Source of the DNA: a virus
Lineage: Duplodnaviria; Caudoviricetes
Length of the DNA stretch: 64,000 bases
Virus record (IMG/VR): IMGVR_UViG_3300021254_000033
Coordinates: 1 to 64,000 of that record
Reading direction: 5' to 3' (one strand)
The notes below the pieces were generated by a model. It was not told the origin of the DNA. It searched no databases and worked only from the letters and a program-made list of their open reading frames with translations. Made by a program: the position numbers and the translations under genes. Within the stretch, counting starts at the first letter, position 1. Each line of letters opens with the position of its first letter. Below, piece by piece: positions 25,301 to 35,400 of this stretch.

Positions 25301-28300
25301 GTCTGCTTATGATGAACTTTTAAATACTAAGGCGTCTTATAATGATTTACAAGAAGGGTTAGCAAATTTAACTACTGGTACACAAGAATGGAGTAAAGCT
25401 TTAGTTGAAGCAAATCAACAAGTATTAGATTTAGTAAATAAATATCCCAAACTTTCTCGATATTTAGAGATGGGGGATAAAGGTCAACTTTCTATTAGTG
25501 ACAAAGGTTGGAATTATGTAGAAGATTTAGCCGAAAGAGGAGTAAAAAATAGTCAAGCAGCATTAATTAATAATCAATTAAGGTTAGAAAAATTAAAAGG
25601 ACGGCGTGCGAATAATGATTTATTTAATGCTGTAGAAAATGAAACAAATCAACGTCTTGCTTCATATATTTCTAAACGAAGGAATGACTCAATCGAAGAG
25701 CTGGTTTCTGGAGAGAATTTTGCAAAAACCTTCAAGAGCAAAGATAATGCCAATCTTCGAAGACTGGCACAAAGGATGGATATATCTGTTGAGCAAGCAT
25801 ATAATTTAAGAGATTCTTTTGCGGAATATAATGCCGCAATGGTTGAGCGAGATGCTACCACAAAAAATTTGGCTAAATCATTATTAACTGCTTCTTCTTC
25901 TAAAGAGGTCTTAGATTACAAGTTTAGTGACCAATTGTTTTCTGGTATTTCAGAAAATATGATTTCTGATAGTTATGATAAAGTTTTAACTTCTGCTGCA
26001 TCGGAAATTTCTGATGTTAGTAGTGAACGTTTTAAAACTCTGGCTGAAGATTATGGCGTTTCAACTGAAATGGTTGGTAATGCACAAAAAGATTTAGAAA
26101 CTCTTTATGCTGCTATGAAAAATATTGATGTTAAATCAGTTTCTGAAGCACAATTAAGTACAAAAGAGTTATCTAATGAAATTGCCGCGATGTCTCAAAG
26201 TGATGTAATTTCAGAAAATCTCGATGTTTTAACTAAAAAATTAAGAGGACTAGATGAAAATACTGAGAGACAACTTGCTGGATTATTTTCAGGTGATTTT
26301 TTAGATTTAACTGGTGAAGAAGTCGCAAACTTAGATGTTACTGGATTAACTTCTACTTTAAAAAATGCTTTAGGTGACCAAGCTGACAGTATTATGCAGT
26401 CTTTAGGGTATGAAAGTTTTGACTCTTTTGCTCAAGGAGTTGCTGATAATAAAACTGCATTACAAGAGGCTTATGCAAAAAATATTTCTGATACATTAAA
26501 GAAAATTAATAAATACTCAGATAATTTGGTTTCTAAACTTGGAGAAGATGGTACAAAAACTTTATTAGAAGATTTTACCATAACTCAAGAAAAATTTAGA
26601 GATATGGGACTTGAATTTCAGTCTATGGCAAATGGTATTTTTAATTCTCTTGAAGGAACAGAAAATATTGATATGATTTCTGCAGGATGGCAGAGTTTTA
26701 TTAAAGCTATAGATGAAGGCGCGACTGCAAGTCAAATTTCTGAAATGTCTAATTGGATCCAAAGTATTGATTGGTCCAATCCCATTGAAGGAGCTTATGC
26801 TTTAGGAGAAGCAGCAAATTCTAGTAGTCAACAAATTAAAAATATTGCAAACTCTATGAAAGAGGTTCAAGGAGATACCTATGATGCCGCCAGTCAAATG
26901 GATTATTTTCTAAAATCTGGAGATTTTGAATCTATGAAAGAAGATTTGAAAGATATTTTAAATGCTGGCGAAGAAATTACTGGAGCAGATATTAGAGGTC
27001 TTACTAAGAATTATAAGAATTTAGATAAGATGCTTAAAAATACTGGTATGTCTGCTTCTGCATTAGGAAAAACATTAACCATGATAAATGATGGTTCTTT
27101 AAAAGAGAACCAATTAACAAATGCTGTTCTTGCTGCAATTGGAGCATACAATGAATCGGAAGATGTCACTGCTTCAATTATGGAAAGCATTTCTAATTTT
27201 GATCCTGGATATAATGAAGGTGAAATAGCTGGTTTTATTAAATCTTCTAATGAAGCAATTTCAGAGTTAATGAATACTGGATTATCTGGTAGTCAACAAA
27301 TAGGTAATTATCTTGATTATTGGTTTGGTGCAGACTGGGATGCTGGTATTAAAAATGCTGATGAATATACCTCAAAAATTCAACAATTAAATGGAGTTTT
27401 AAGTCAAAATACTGAGAATATGGCCGCCATGTGGCAACAATTTGCACAAGGCAAAGATGCTTTTGGAAATATGATAGATCCTAATATTCTTAATAATTTA
27501 GGATTTTCAGTTGCTAATGGAAGGCTTAATTTAGATGCAGGTACCTCTCTTGATGATGTTATTAAGGGATTACAGCGAGCAGGATATACAAAAAATATGG
27601 CAGAAGCCATGCTTAGTGATGCAACAGCTAGATCTCCTGAACTTATGCTTGATTTACGCGCAAGAGAACTTCCAAATGCAATCGAAAGAGCGAGGGAAAA
27701 TCTTCCTAGTTTTGGTAAAGATCTTTTTATTATGGATGAAAGTGAAATTGATGCTATTGCAAAGTTTTATGGAGAATCATCAGATAAAATTAAGGCGATG
27801 CTCCAAGAAAATGGAAAAACAATTTCATTTGTTGATTTATATGATGAATCAGGTAATTTAAAAGATGTAGAAAGCGTTTGGGATCAATTAGGGTCAGCTT
27901 TTGGGTATAAAGATGAGTCAGTAAGAGTTTTTGATAATGATACCAAAACTTGGAAAAAAGAAGGCAAAACCGCAGGTGAGAATTTTAGAGATGGTTTTAA
28001 TGATAAAGGGGTTTTGGATTTAGCTGGTTTTGAAAAAATGGCTAAAAAATTAAGAATCCCAGAAGAAGGTCAGAAAGCTTTAAAACAAGATTTAGTTCAA
28101 TCTTTCGCGGACGGCGCGCAAGAAGGAGTAACTCAATCTCTTACTTATCTTTCCGAAGTCACTGGTAGAGAAGAAACTATTCCAATACAATTTGATTTAG
28201 AAGGTGATCCTGTTGAACAGGCTGAGGCTGCAATTAAAGCCAGAGAGTTAGAACTTGAAGCAAAAGTTAATGCAGATGCAATAATGTCAGCTTTAGAAGG

Positions 28301-31280
28301 AATAGAAATTCATATTGGAATTGATGAAAACGGTTTAGTAGGAACAATAACTCGAACGATTGAAAGTGCTAGTGGACAACCAACTCTTGAGCAACCTAAT
28401 AGTGGACCTATTACATCAGCAATAGCATCAGGAATTAGAAATGCACCAAAAACCGTAGCATTAAATGCCGTTATAAATGGACTGGGAAGTGTAGCGAGTC
28501 AAATTAGTGCAATAGTTAATAGAAGTTACACTGTTTATATTGGTACGGCATATACTGGGGCTTCTGGAGGACCAATAGCACCTTATAGACAAGCAGGTTA
28601 TAATGGTCGTGGAGCAAAAGGCGTAAAAAATGCTTCTCATAGTTCCATCTTTTTAACTGGAGAAGAAGGACCGGAAATTCACCAGTTAGCAAAAGGGGGT
28701 TATTATATCACTGGTACTACAGGACCCTCTATAGATTATGTAAATAAAGGAGATACAATTTATACAGCAGAAGAAACTGAGAAAATTTTGTCTGGTAATA
28801 GACGATCCATAACTCGTAAAAGATTTTCATCAGGTGCAAATGGATCTTCTAGTTCTGCTATTTATCCGACAAATTCTACCTCTTCTAATAGTTCTTCATC
28901 AGGTTCTGCTTCTAATAAAAACAAAAATGCAACTGAATCAAAAACTACAGCAAAAAACACTCAAAAAGCCGCAGAAGATGCCGAAAAATGGGAAAACTCT
29001 TTTGACCACCTTTATAATCTAACCCAAGACATCAATGCAGAACTTCGAACTCGTGAAAAACTTGAAAAACAATATAATCGTTATCAGAAAGAAAGAATTC
29101 CTATTGGAAAAACATTAGCTCAAATCTCTAAATCTGAACTTTATTCTCTTGAGCAACAAAGGAAACTTCAAGAACAAATGCTTGAGGAAAGAAAGAAAGA
29201 CATCAAAGATACTGAAGAGAAATATAAAGATTATAATCAATACGCTCATTATAATTGGAAAGACCAGACTATTGAAATAGATTGGGATAAAATTAATGCT
29301 GTTACTGATAAAGATCAGGGTGAAAAAATTGAAGAGTATATCGATAAATTAGAAGAAATTCAAGACCAAATTCAAGATACCGAAGATGCGATTGATAAAA
29401 TTTATGATGATATGCAGGAAATTAGAGAGCGTGGAGAGAAAGCAAATAGAGAATTACAAGATGATGTATTAAAAGCACTAATTGACCAAGAACAAAAACA
29501 AATTGATTTACAAGAAAAAACAAATCAAGCTATCTCAGATGCTGCAAATGATTTACATGAAGCAATTAGCAAGAATATAGACAAAATGCGCCAAGACCGT
29601 GATAATGAGCGTAAAAAGGAAGACTTAGCAGAAAAAGAAAGACGTCTTTCTTATTTGAAGATGGATACAACTGGTGGTAATGCTCTTGCTATTAAACGAC
29701 TAGAGAAAGAAATAAGAGACGAAAGAGAAGATTTTAATGACGCTTTAGTTGACCAAGCATTGAGTAATATGCAAGAACAAAATGAAGAGGCTGCAGACCA
29801 AAGAGAAAGACAAGTTGAATTGCTACAAGGTATATTAGATTTTCAAACAAAAATTGGATATTTTGCTAAAAAAGCTGAAGAAATTGTTGATGCAGGAACT
29901 AAAGATGGTATTTTAATGAAAGATAGTAAATTGTATGATTTACTTGTTACTGAGAATGAAGATTTTTGGACTAAGTCTATACCATCTAGAAATGAATTTA
30001 TTAGTGAATTGGCAACAAGAGTTGCTGAAAAATTCCAAAAGGATGAGTTAATAAATTCTGAAAGAAATCTAAATAACGGTGGTTACATGACACAAATGAT
30101 GAACGCCACTAGCGCAGAACAATTTAGACAAGCTGAAGAAGCAAGAAATGCTTATGTTAATGATCATCCTGAAGAAGGTTGGGCAACTACTGGCTTCTCT
30201 GAAGCATATCAAGAAGGACAGATTAATAAAAAAGGATTAAACAAAGATTTAATATTAGGAGGAAAAGACTCAACTGGATATGTATATGATTTCCAAGCAT
30301 TAATGAATAAAGCAATAAAAGAAGGAAAGTGGGAAGAAGCCGCGATGTGGGAAGGATATCGTGACTTAAAACTTCACTTACTCAATAGAGATTCTGAAAG
30401 AACTTATGGCTCTCAATCTGCTTCAGCTTATGCAAATGCTACCGGGAGTAGAACTTCTAGTGGTGAATACGGTACCGCAAAAGACCAAGGTGCATCTCAT
30501 GGTACAAGTATACTTGAAGAAAAAGCTAAAAAATTATATGAAGCAAATATTGCTAATTTACCTGAACCGACAACTGCTGGTGGATATATGGAATTAATGC
30601 AACAAGCAATGGATAGAGGGCGTTTTGATGAGGCTTTTGCTTATGCTAAAAAGAGAGACGCTAAAATTGGTGCAACTGGTAAAGCTTATAATGAACAAGA
30701 TTCATTTGCATATGTTTACAGAAAATTTGCAGGCTATGGAGATAATTGGCAAACTGCTTGGGATGAATATCAGAAAGGTTATAATAAAGGTTATGAAGAT
30801 AATAAAGATTATAAAGCATTAGCAATAGAAGCTATGAATAATAGCAAATGGAAACAAGCCTTCTATTATGCAGGTCAAAGAGATAATAAACTTGCTACTG
30901 ATCCAAGTGTTGCCCAGTACAGATCGGATAGAACAGATGATACTTGGGAATACGTATTCAGAAAATGGAACGGAAAATTTAAAACTGGTGGCTTAGTTGA
31001 AGGAACAGGTCTTGCTTGGCTTGATGGTACGCCTTCCCGTCCAGAATATGTACTGAATGCTGGACAAACTCAAGCCTTCCTGCGGCTGAGTGATATGATT
31101 AGCAACTTAGGCTCTACATCTACTCAACAAACAGTTGGTGATACTTATATTAATGTAGATATTAATGTTGATCAAATTGCTAATGATTATGATGTAGAAG
31201 CTGCCGCTGAAAAAGTTAAACAAATTATTTATCAAGACAGTATGTACAGAAATGTAAATAGAGTTAATCTTTTAAGATAA
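22311..31280 (+). CDS. Tail tape measure protein (2989 aa)
   Basis: TP901-type core (ELDATMTETAVVT...DATDYMTAALRGF), long helical repeats, C-terminal TGG...DGTPSRPEYVLN. Confidence 0.93.
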   Translation: MAGNHFSVTFDAQMNVSQIKGAINDMKKGLEGLKLPDNMEKKIGNIFSNMSDELKRFESLAARDLKSPADFNKLNQSGEKILHLYQRLRTEISSLSDMPQKSLEKLFPSSITNNIDKATAALKKYKEAQAQITNELSNRQSTLEKKQKELSTAESKHKEYMDKTTYKQETGRLEDLLKQRQLLDSELNRRAEGGRQRKSASDYTGYDMKKLKSEYSAVTQEVDKLQQKLSKVTTNAITATNSESNITRLKTEIKELQDAINSLEGEGRLNLDNLFSALEGIDGIDLSNVERNANGAQEAINKLNAKGAQELLNNLNKIGSTVDNQKGAFDGLENSMHQVGAEVEAADAKFRDVSAIKSRIAAFLSVESAVRLFRRAITSSFETIKELDATMTETAVVTDFSVSDMWKQLPRYTKMANELGVTTNEAYKAATLYYQQGLSTNQAMAVSNETLKMARIAGIDAADATDYMTAALRGFNMEINEVSAQRVNDVYSKLAAETASDTEELSIAMSKTASIAANANMEFENTAAFLAQIIETTREAPETAGTAMKTIIARFSEVKSLFSQGQLLGTDEEGEEININKIDTALQNVGISLKDFLNGSIGLDDVLLQLASKWDTLDLATQRYIATTAAGSRQQSRFLAMMSNYSRTVELVDKAYSAEGAGQEQFEKTLDSMETALARLKNAWDQFAMGIMNSSIAKGGIHALTGFLEIINKLTSGLGDLGNTVTKLGLGIGAFQLGRGLFDILTSQRKGEKIKSISGKQLVNFKNIGVNFKNDLFETVQEGLNSPSSKKLSLSKALSGFFKGSTINAEQIKAAINRDRPDVAQFSNRYAEVALETFRERGREGLAELEQEWGVSFNSLEETAAKAQLLGVAATFAGGAMLKLGNALESAGHTKAAEVFDTLGTAVMTAGVALSSLSVIIPAIGNLFPALGAKIAAAGLLGLSGWLWIAGIAAAVGAIGFLTYKLVKGIKANSLEGQIESTEKAVQRSREEADKAQSAYDELLNTKASYNDLQEGLANLTTGTQEWSKALVEANQQVLDLVNKYPKLSRYLEMGDKGQLSISDKGWNYVEDLAERGVKNSQAALINNQLRLEKLKGRRANNDLFNAVENETNQRLASYISKRRNDSIEELVSGENFAKTFKSKDNANLRRLAQRMDISVEQAYNLRDSFAEYNAAMVERDATTKNLAKSLLTASSSKEVLDYKFSDQLFSGISENMISDSYDKVLTSAASEISDVSSERFKTLAEDYGVSTEMVGNAQKDLETLYAAMKNIDVKSVSEAQLSTKELSNEIAAMSQSDVISENLDVLTKKLRGLDENTERQLAGLFSGDFLDLTGEEVANLDVTGLTSTLKNALGDQADSIMQSLGYESFDSFAQGVADNKTALQEAYAKNISDTLKKINKYSDNLVSKLGEDGTKTLLEDFTITQEKFRDMGLEFQSMANGIFNSLEGTENIDMISAGWQSFIKAIDEGATASQISEMSNWIQSIDWSNPIEGAYALGEAANSSSQQIKNIANSMKEVQGDTYDAASQMDYFLKSGDFESMKEDLKDILNAGEEITGADIRGLTKNYKNLDKMLKNTGMSASALGKTLTMINDGSLKENQLTNAVLAAIGAYNESEDVTASIMESISNFDPGYNEGEIAGFIKSSNEAISELMNTGLSGSQQIGNYLDYWFGADWDAGIKNADEYTSKIQQLNGVLSQNTENMAAMWQQFAQGKDAFGNMIDPNILNNLGFSVANGRLNLDAGTSLDDVIKGLQRAGYTKNMAEAMLSDATARSPELMLDLRARELPNAIERARENLPSFGKDLFIMDESEIDAIAKFYGESSDKIKAMLQENGKTISFVDLYDESGNLKDVESVWDQLGSAFGYKDESVRVFDNDTKTWKKEGKTAGENFRDGFNDKGVLDLAGFEKMAKKLRIPEEGQKALKQDLVQSFADGAQEGVTQSLTYLSEVTGREETIPIQFDLEGDPVEQAEAAIKARELELEAKVNADAIMSALEGIEIHIGIDENGLVGTITRTIESASGQPTLEQPNSGPITSAIASGIRNAPKTVALNAVINGLGSVASQISAIVNRSYTVYIGTAYTGASGGPIAPYRQAGYNGRGAKGVKNASHSSIFLTGEEGPEIHQLAKGGYYITGTTGPSIDYVNKGDTIYTAEETEKILSGNRRSITRKRFSSGANGSSSSAIYPTNSTSSNSSSSGSASNKNKNATESKTTAKNTQKAAEDAEKWENSFDHLYNLTQDINAELRTREKLEKQYNRYQKERIPIGKTLAQISKSELYSLEQQRKLQEQMLEERKKDIKDTEEKYKDYNQYAHYNWKDQTIEIDWDKINAVTDKDQGEKIEEYIDKLEEIQDQIQDTEDAIDKIYDDMQEIRERGEKANRELQDDVLKALIDQEQKQIDLQEKTNQAISDAANDLHEAISKNIDKMRQDRDNERKKEDLAEKERRLSYLKMDTTGGNALAIKRLEKEIRDEREDFNDALVDQALSNMQEQNEEAADQRERQVELLQGILDFQTKIGYFAKKAEEIVDAGTKDGILMKDSKLYDLLVTENEDFWTKSIPSRNEFISELATRVAEKFQKDELINSERNLNNGGYMTQMMNATSAEQFRQAEEARNAYVNDHPEEGWATTGFSEAYQEGQINKKGLNKDLILGGKDSTGYVYDFQALMNKAIKEGKWEEAAMWEGYRDLKLHLLNRDSERTYGSQSASAYANATGSRTSSGEYGTAKDQGASHGTSILEEKAKKLYEANIANLPEPTTAGGYMELMQQAMDRGRFDEAFAYAKKRDAKIGATGKAYNEQDSFAYVYRKFAGYGDNWQTAWDEYQKGYNKGYEDNKDYKALAIEAMNNSKWKQAFYYAGQRDNKLATDPSVAQYRSDRTDDTWEYVFRKWNGKFKTGGLVEGTGLAWLDGTPSRPEYVLNAGQTQAFLRLSDMISNLGSTSTQQTVGDTYINVDINVDQIANDYDVEAAAEKVKQIIYQDSMYRNVNRVNLLR

Positions 31281-31301
31281 AAAGATTATATGGTAAAAAA
31301 G

Positions 31302-31349
31302 ATAAGGGTACTTATAGATAGATAAATAAGTCTATCTATAAGCCCTTAT
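31302..31349 (+). other. 19 bp inverted repeat (2 nt bulge) directly before the RBS of the next gene
   Basis: ATAAGGG(TA)CTTATAGATAGA-8-TCTATCTATAAGCCCTTAT; no U tract. Confidence 0.8.
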
Positions 31350-31366
31350 TAAGGAGGTAAGATGAA

Positions 31367-32470
31367 ATGAGTGCGCAAAAAGGAGATTTTATAGGGTTTA
31401 CATTTGATGGTATTCATTCTTCAGAGTTAGGAATTATTATAACGAGTGAAGGAAGCAGATTTTCAGAAAATTTATTCCCTACAATTCAAGATAAAACTAC
31501 TCAGATTCCTGGCGCAGATGGTACTTTTTTCTTTGGAAGTTATTATACTCAAAAGCAATTTGCTATTCCTATTGCTTATGATGATATGAGTGAACAACAA
31601 ATTAGAAGATTAAGAAGTTTATTTGGAGATAAAAAAATTCATGATTTAATTTTTGATGAATCTCCATATAAAGTGTATAAAGTAAAGACTATTGGTTCGC
31701 CAAATTTAAAATATATTTGTTTTAGTGAGCCGCCGGAAGCAACATCTCGTGCATTAACGAATAAAATTGAATTATATGGTGTTTCTAATCCTGATACATC
31801 AGGTCGTATATATAAAGGAGAAGGAAGTCTTTCTTTTATTTCTTATGTTCCTTTCTCAAATAGCAGATATAAATTTTTAGATGAGTATACAACTAGTACA
31901 GTCCCTATTTGGGATGCTTCTTATAATAATAAAGATGAATGGAAAGATACCAGTAGAATGGTAAATAGTACTACTTCCGTATCCAGCGGCGGGTCTACTT
32001 ATATTATAGATAATTATGATTTTAAGTATACTCAGGGTGGTACTACACAATATCTTTCACCAGGTAATATTTTAGTATACAATGCAGGAGATATTGATAC
32101 TCATTTCAAAATTTTTCTTTATTTTGAGTCAGGTCAATTTCCTGGATGTGTTTTGGGAACAAATAATAGTGATTATTTTGGTAAGATGACTGTGAAAGAT
32201 TTTACTTTAGCTTCTGGAGATAATGGAATTTGTATTAATACAAAACTAAATTTAATTGAAGGAGTTAAATATACTTTTGGAAGTAATGATAGCGTTACTT
32301 CTATTGAACAAACTGGAACAATTTATAATAAATATATTACAGATGGTGATTTCTTTAAAATAAAACCAATGGAAGAGCCAGCTTTAATGCCTATGGTTAT
32401 TACTGATTTCTCCACAGCAAAAACAGAAAAATGGATTGGTAGTATTGATTACAAGTATTATTATATTTAA
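31367..32470 (+). CDS. Distal tail (Dit-like) protein
   Basis: Follows TMP; FIGFTFDGIHSSELGII N-terminus typical of siphovirus tail components. Confidence 0.75.
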   Translation: MSAQKGDFIGFTFDGIHSSELGIIITSEGSRFSENLFPTIQDKTTQIPGADGTFFFGSYYTQKQFAIPIAYDDMSEQQIRRLRSLFGDKKIHDLIFDESPYKVYKVKTIGSPNLKYICFSEPPEATSRALTNKIELYGVSNPDTSGRIYKGEGSLSFISYVPFSNSRYKFLDEYTTSTVPIWDASYNNKDEWKDTSRMVNSTTSVSSGGSTYIIDNYDFKYTQGGTTQYLSPGNILVYNAGDIDTHFKIFLYFESGQFPGCVLGTNNSDYFGKMTVKDFTLASGDNGICINTKLNLIEGVKYTFGSNDSVTSIEQTGTIYNKYITDGDFFKIKPMEEPALMPMVITDFSTAKTEKWIGSIDYKYYYI

Positions 32471-32479
32471 GGAGGAGTA

Positions 32480-35400
32480 ATGGAGTTTAACAAACCTTAC
32501 AAGATAACCTTATGGGAAGATGAAACTTCTTATTTGGTTCAGCGCGGAAATGAGAAAATTGTTGTAACAGAACTACAATCTTCTGATACAATTATTAATA
32601 CTTGGAATAGTGAAAATTGTATTGCAATTATTGGTTCTGATACTATGGATACACCAATTCGCGCCTTCGATCCTGAGTTAAAAATGGAAATTAATGGGAA
32701 AAAGACATTGAGTTTTTCTATTGTTTTTAGATATTGGGATTATGAAGAAGAAAAGTTTAAGTTGAATCCTTTTGTTAATTTGTTAGTAAACGAAAGAAGA
32801 GTTAAACTTTTTTATAAAAACGAATGGCATGAATTTGTTATTAAGCAAAAAGAAGAAAATAGTGAAAAATATATTTTTAGTTATACTTGTGAAGATATTT
32901 ATTTAACTGAATTAGGAAGAAACGGTTATGAAGTTGAACTGAATAATGAATTAGAAAATAATGTGGGAACCGCGGTTCAGCTTGGAGAGAAAATTTTAAC
33001 AGAGAGTGATTGGGAAGTTGCTCCTATTGGTGAAGGTGAAAATGACAGTGATGCTATTATTCAAACCACCAAAGAAGGACTATATTTATTTAAAATTGCT
33101 AATTCAATAACCGCTACGTGTTTACAAGATTTTGAATATGATGGAGTTGTTGTTGAGGAAGGCACCACAAAAACTATCCCAGCTAATTCTACTATTTATA
33201 TTTTCTATTCAACTTTTGTTAATAAAGAAAATCCTATTCAGTTTCTTTTTGTAGAAGATAACCACTACGCTTTGGACGATCATGGTTTTATAATGAATAG
33301 TCCAAATTGGTCTTACGAAGCAAGTAGCTTACCTAATTTCTATGGGGTCAGCGCAGAGCAACTAGAAAATCCAGATGTTTTGCAGTTGAATATGTCCTCA
33401 TATTTTGGTAAGAAAGTTTTTAATATGCAAGAAACTATTTACCTGACAGAAATAGATAAATATTGTACTTCGTATATGAAAAATAATACGAAGTATTACT
33501 GCTATAAAGAAACTCAATATGCTTCTATAGCTGAAATTCAAAATATACTGGTAAATACGGAAGCATTTTTAGATACAAATGGTTGGGGAAGTTATAGTAG
33601 CACAATTAATGCTTATTTACCTACTGCTGGTGGGTTAAATGGTCAAATGGTTCTTCAAATGAATTTAACCCCTGGATGGGTCGCTTATGAATCTTTTTCT
33701 GATGCTGAAGCCGCGCACGCTGAAGGTAAAAGAGTTTATTATAAAGATGGAGAAAAATATATATTAGTTAGACCGACCGAAACTCTTATTTCTAGTAATA
33801 CTTATTATAAAAATGAAACTTGTTATAATACAGGGTTTTTTCATAATAGGCAATTGTTAAGAGAAATGGTGGCTAGTGACGAAGATACCTTTGTTTTGAT
33901 GTTACAAATGGATAGTGCAGATGATCCTACTCTTTCTGCTGTTCGTGCGGAAGTATATGCAGAAGAAGTTACCGAGGATGGTATGGGAAATGATTTATTA
34001 ATTCAATTTGATGGACCTGGCACAGTAAATCAAGACGGTTATTTAACATTATTTGGCAAGGTGAAAAGAAGTATTTCTTATACTACTTTATTGGATACTT
34101 ATACTAATGTTACTTTTTATTTGTATGGTAATGGAACATATAGTGTAGCCAAGGCTTTATGTTTTAAGAAGCTACTAGATGCAGATGGGAATCTTATTAT
34201 TCCAGATTTACAGACAACTGCAGATACTATTATTAGAGAAAAATATTATTTCTTTACAGCAGACCAAATAGATAATACAATTAATTCTACTGATGATTTA
34301 GTATATGCGGCAATTCAATATAATGACAATGGTTTTGAACCTTATTATCCTTCCTCAATGGAAAAAATTACTATGATTGAGGGAGAAAAAAGTAATTACT
34401 TTAATTTAATTCAAACCATTTGTGAGAAATTCGAATGTTGGGCAAAATTTATCATTGGTCATGATGAACAAGGTGCAATTTTAAATTATTATGAATTAAC
34501 CCAAGATACAGAAAGAAAACAGGGAAAAACTTATTATATCCCATCTAGTGATAATCAATTACAAGATGAGGATTATTATAATCATGAAAAATGGGTAATT
34601 AGTTCTGCTGATTCTGTGAGTGGTTTATATGAAAGAAAGGCTTCAAAAAAAGTGGCTTTTAAGGAATATATTGGAAAAGATAATCTTGTTGGTTTTAGAT
34701 ATGGAATTAATTTAAAATCTATTGTGAGAAACGTTGTTTCTGATGATATTACAACAAAATTAATTGTTGAGCAAAACTCTAATGAATTTGCCAAGGATGG
34801 TTCTTGCACTATTCAGAAAGCAGCGCTGAATCCATCTGGCGAAAACATGATATTTAATTTTCAGTATTTTATTAATCATGGTTTGATTGATGAAGTAGAA
34901 TTAAACAAAGATTTGTATGGATCAGTTGATAAAACTGGAATTGCTTTATTACCTAACTTACATGATATTAATAAAAAATTAGCAAAGATTGTATCAGAAG
35001 AAGCAGAAATAAAGTTTTCAATAGACGATGTTAATAATAGTTTGTTAATTTTAAAAAACCAAGATTCTGAAGCACAAGAAGCATTATCAAAATTAGTTCA
35101 AGATATAGAAGCAACTGGATATTCAGATTATACTCCTGCTATATTGGAAAAATTTGAATATTTAAGAGATTTGGTAACTAAACAGCAATATAATAATGCT
35201 GTTATAGATACTTATGATGATATTTTAGCTAACTTAGAGGATTTATATGTAGCATATCAATCAAGATTAGAATATTTAATTGAACAAGAAAAAAATTATA
35301 ATGAACAAAAGCGTATTTTAACAAAGGAATTTTATAAAAAATATGCAAAATATATTAGAGAAGGTACTTGGATTTCCGAAGATTATTATGATGAAGACAT

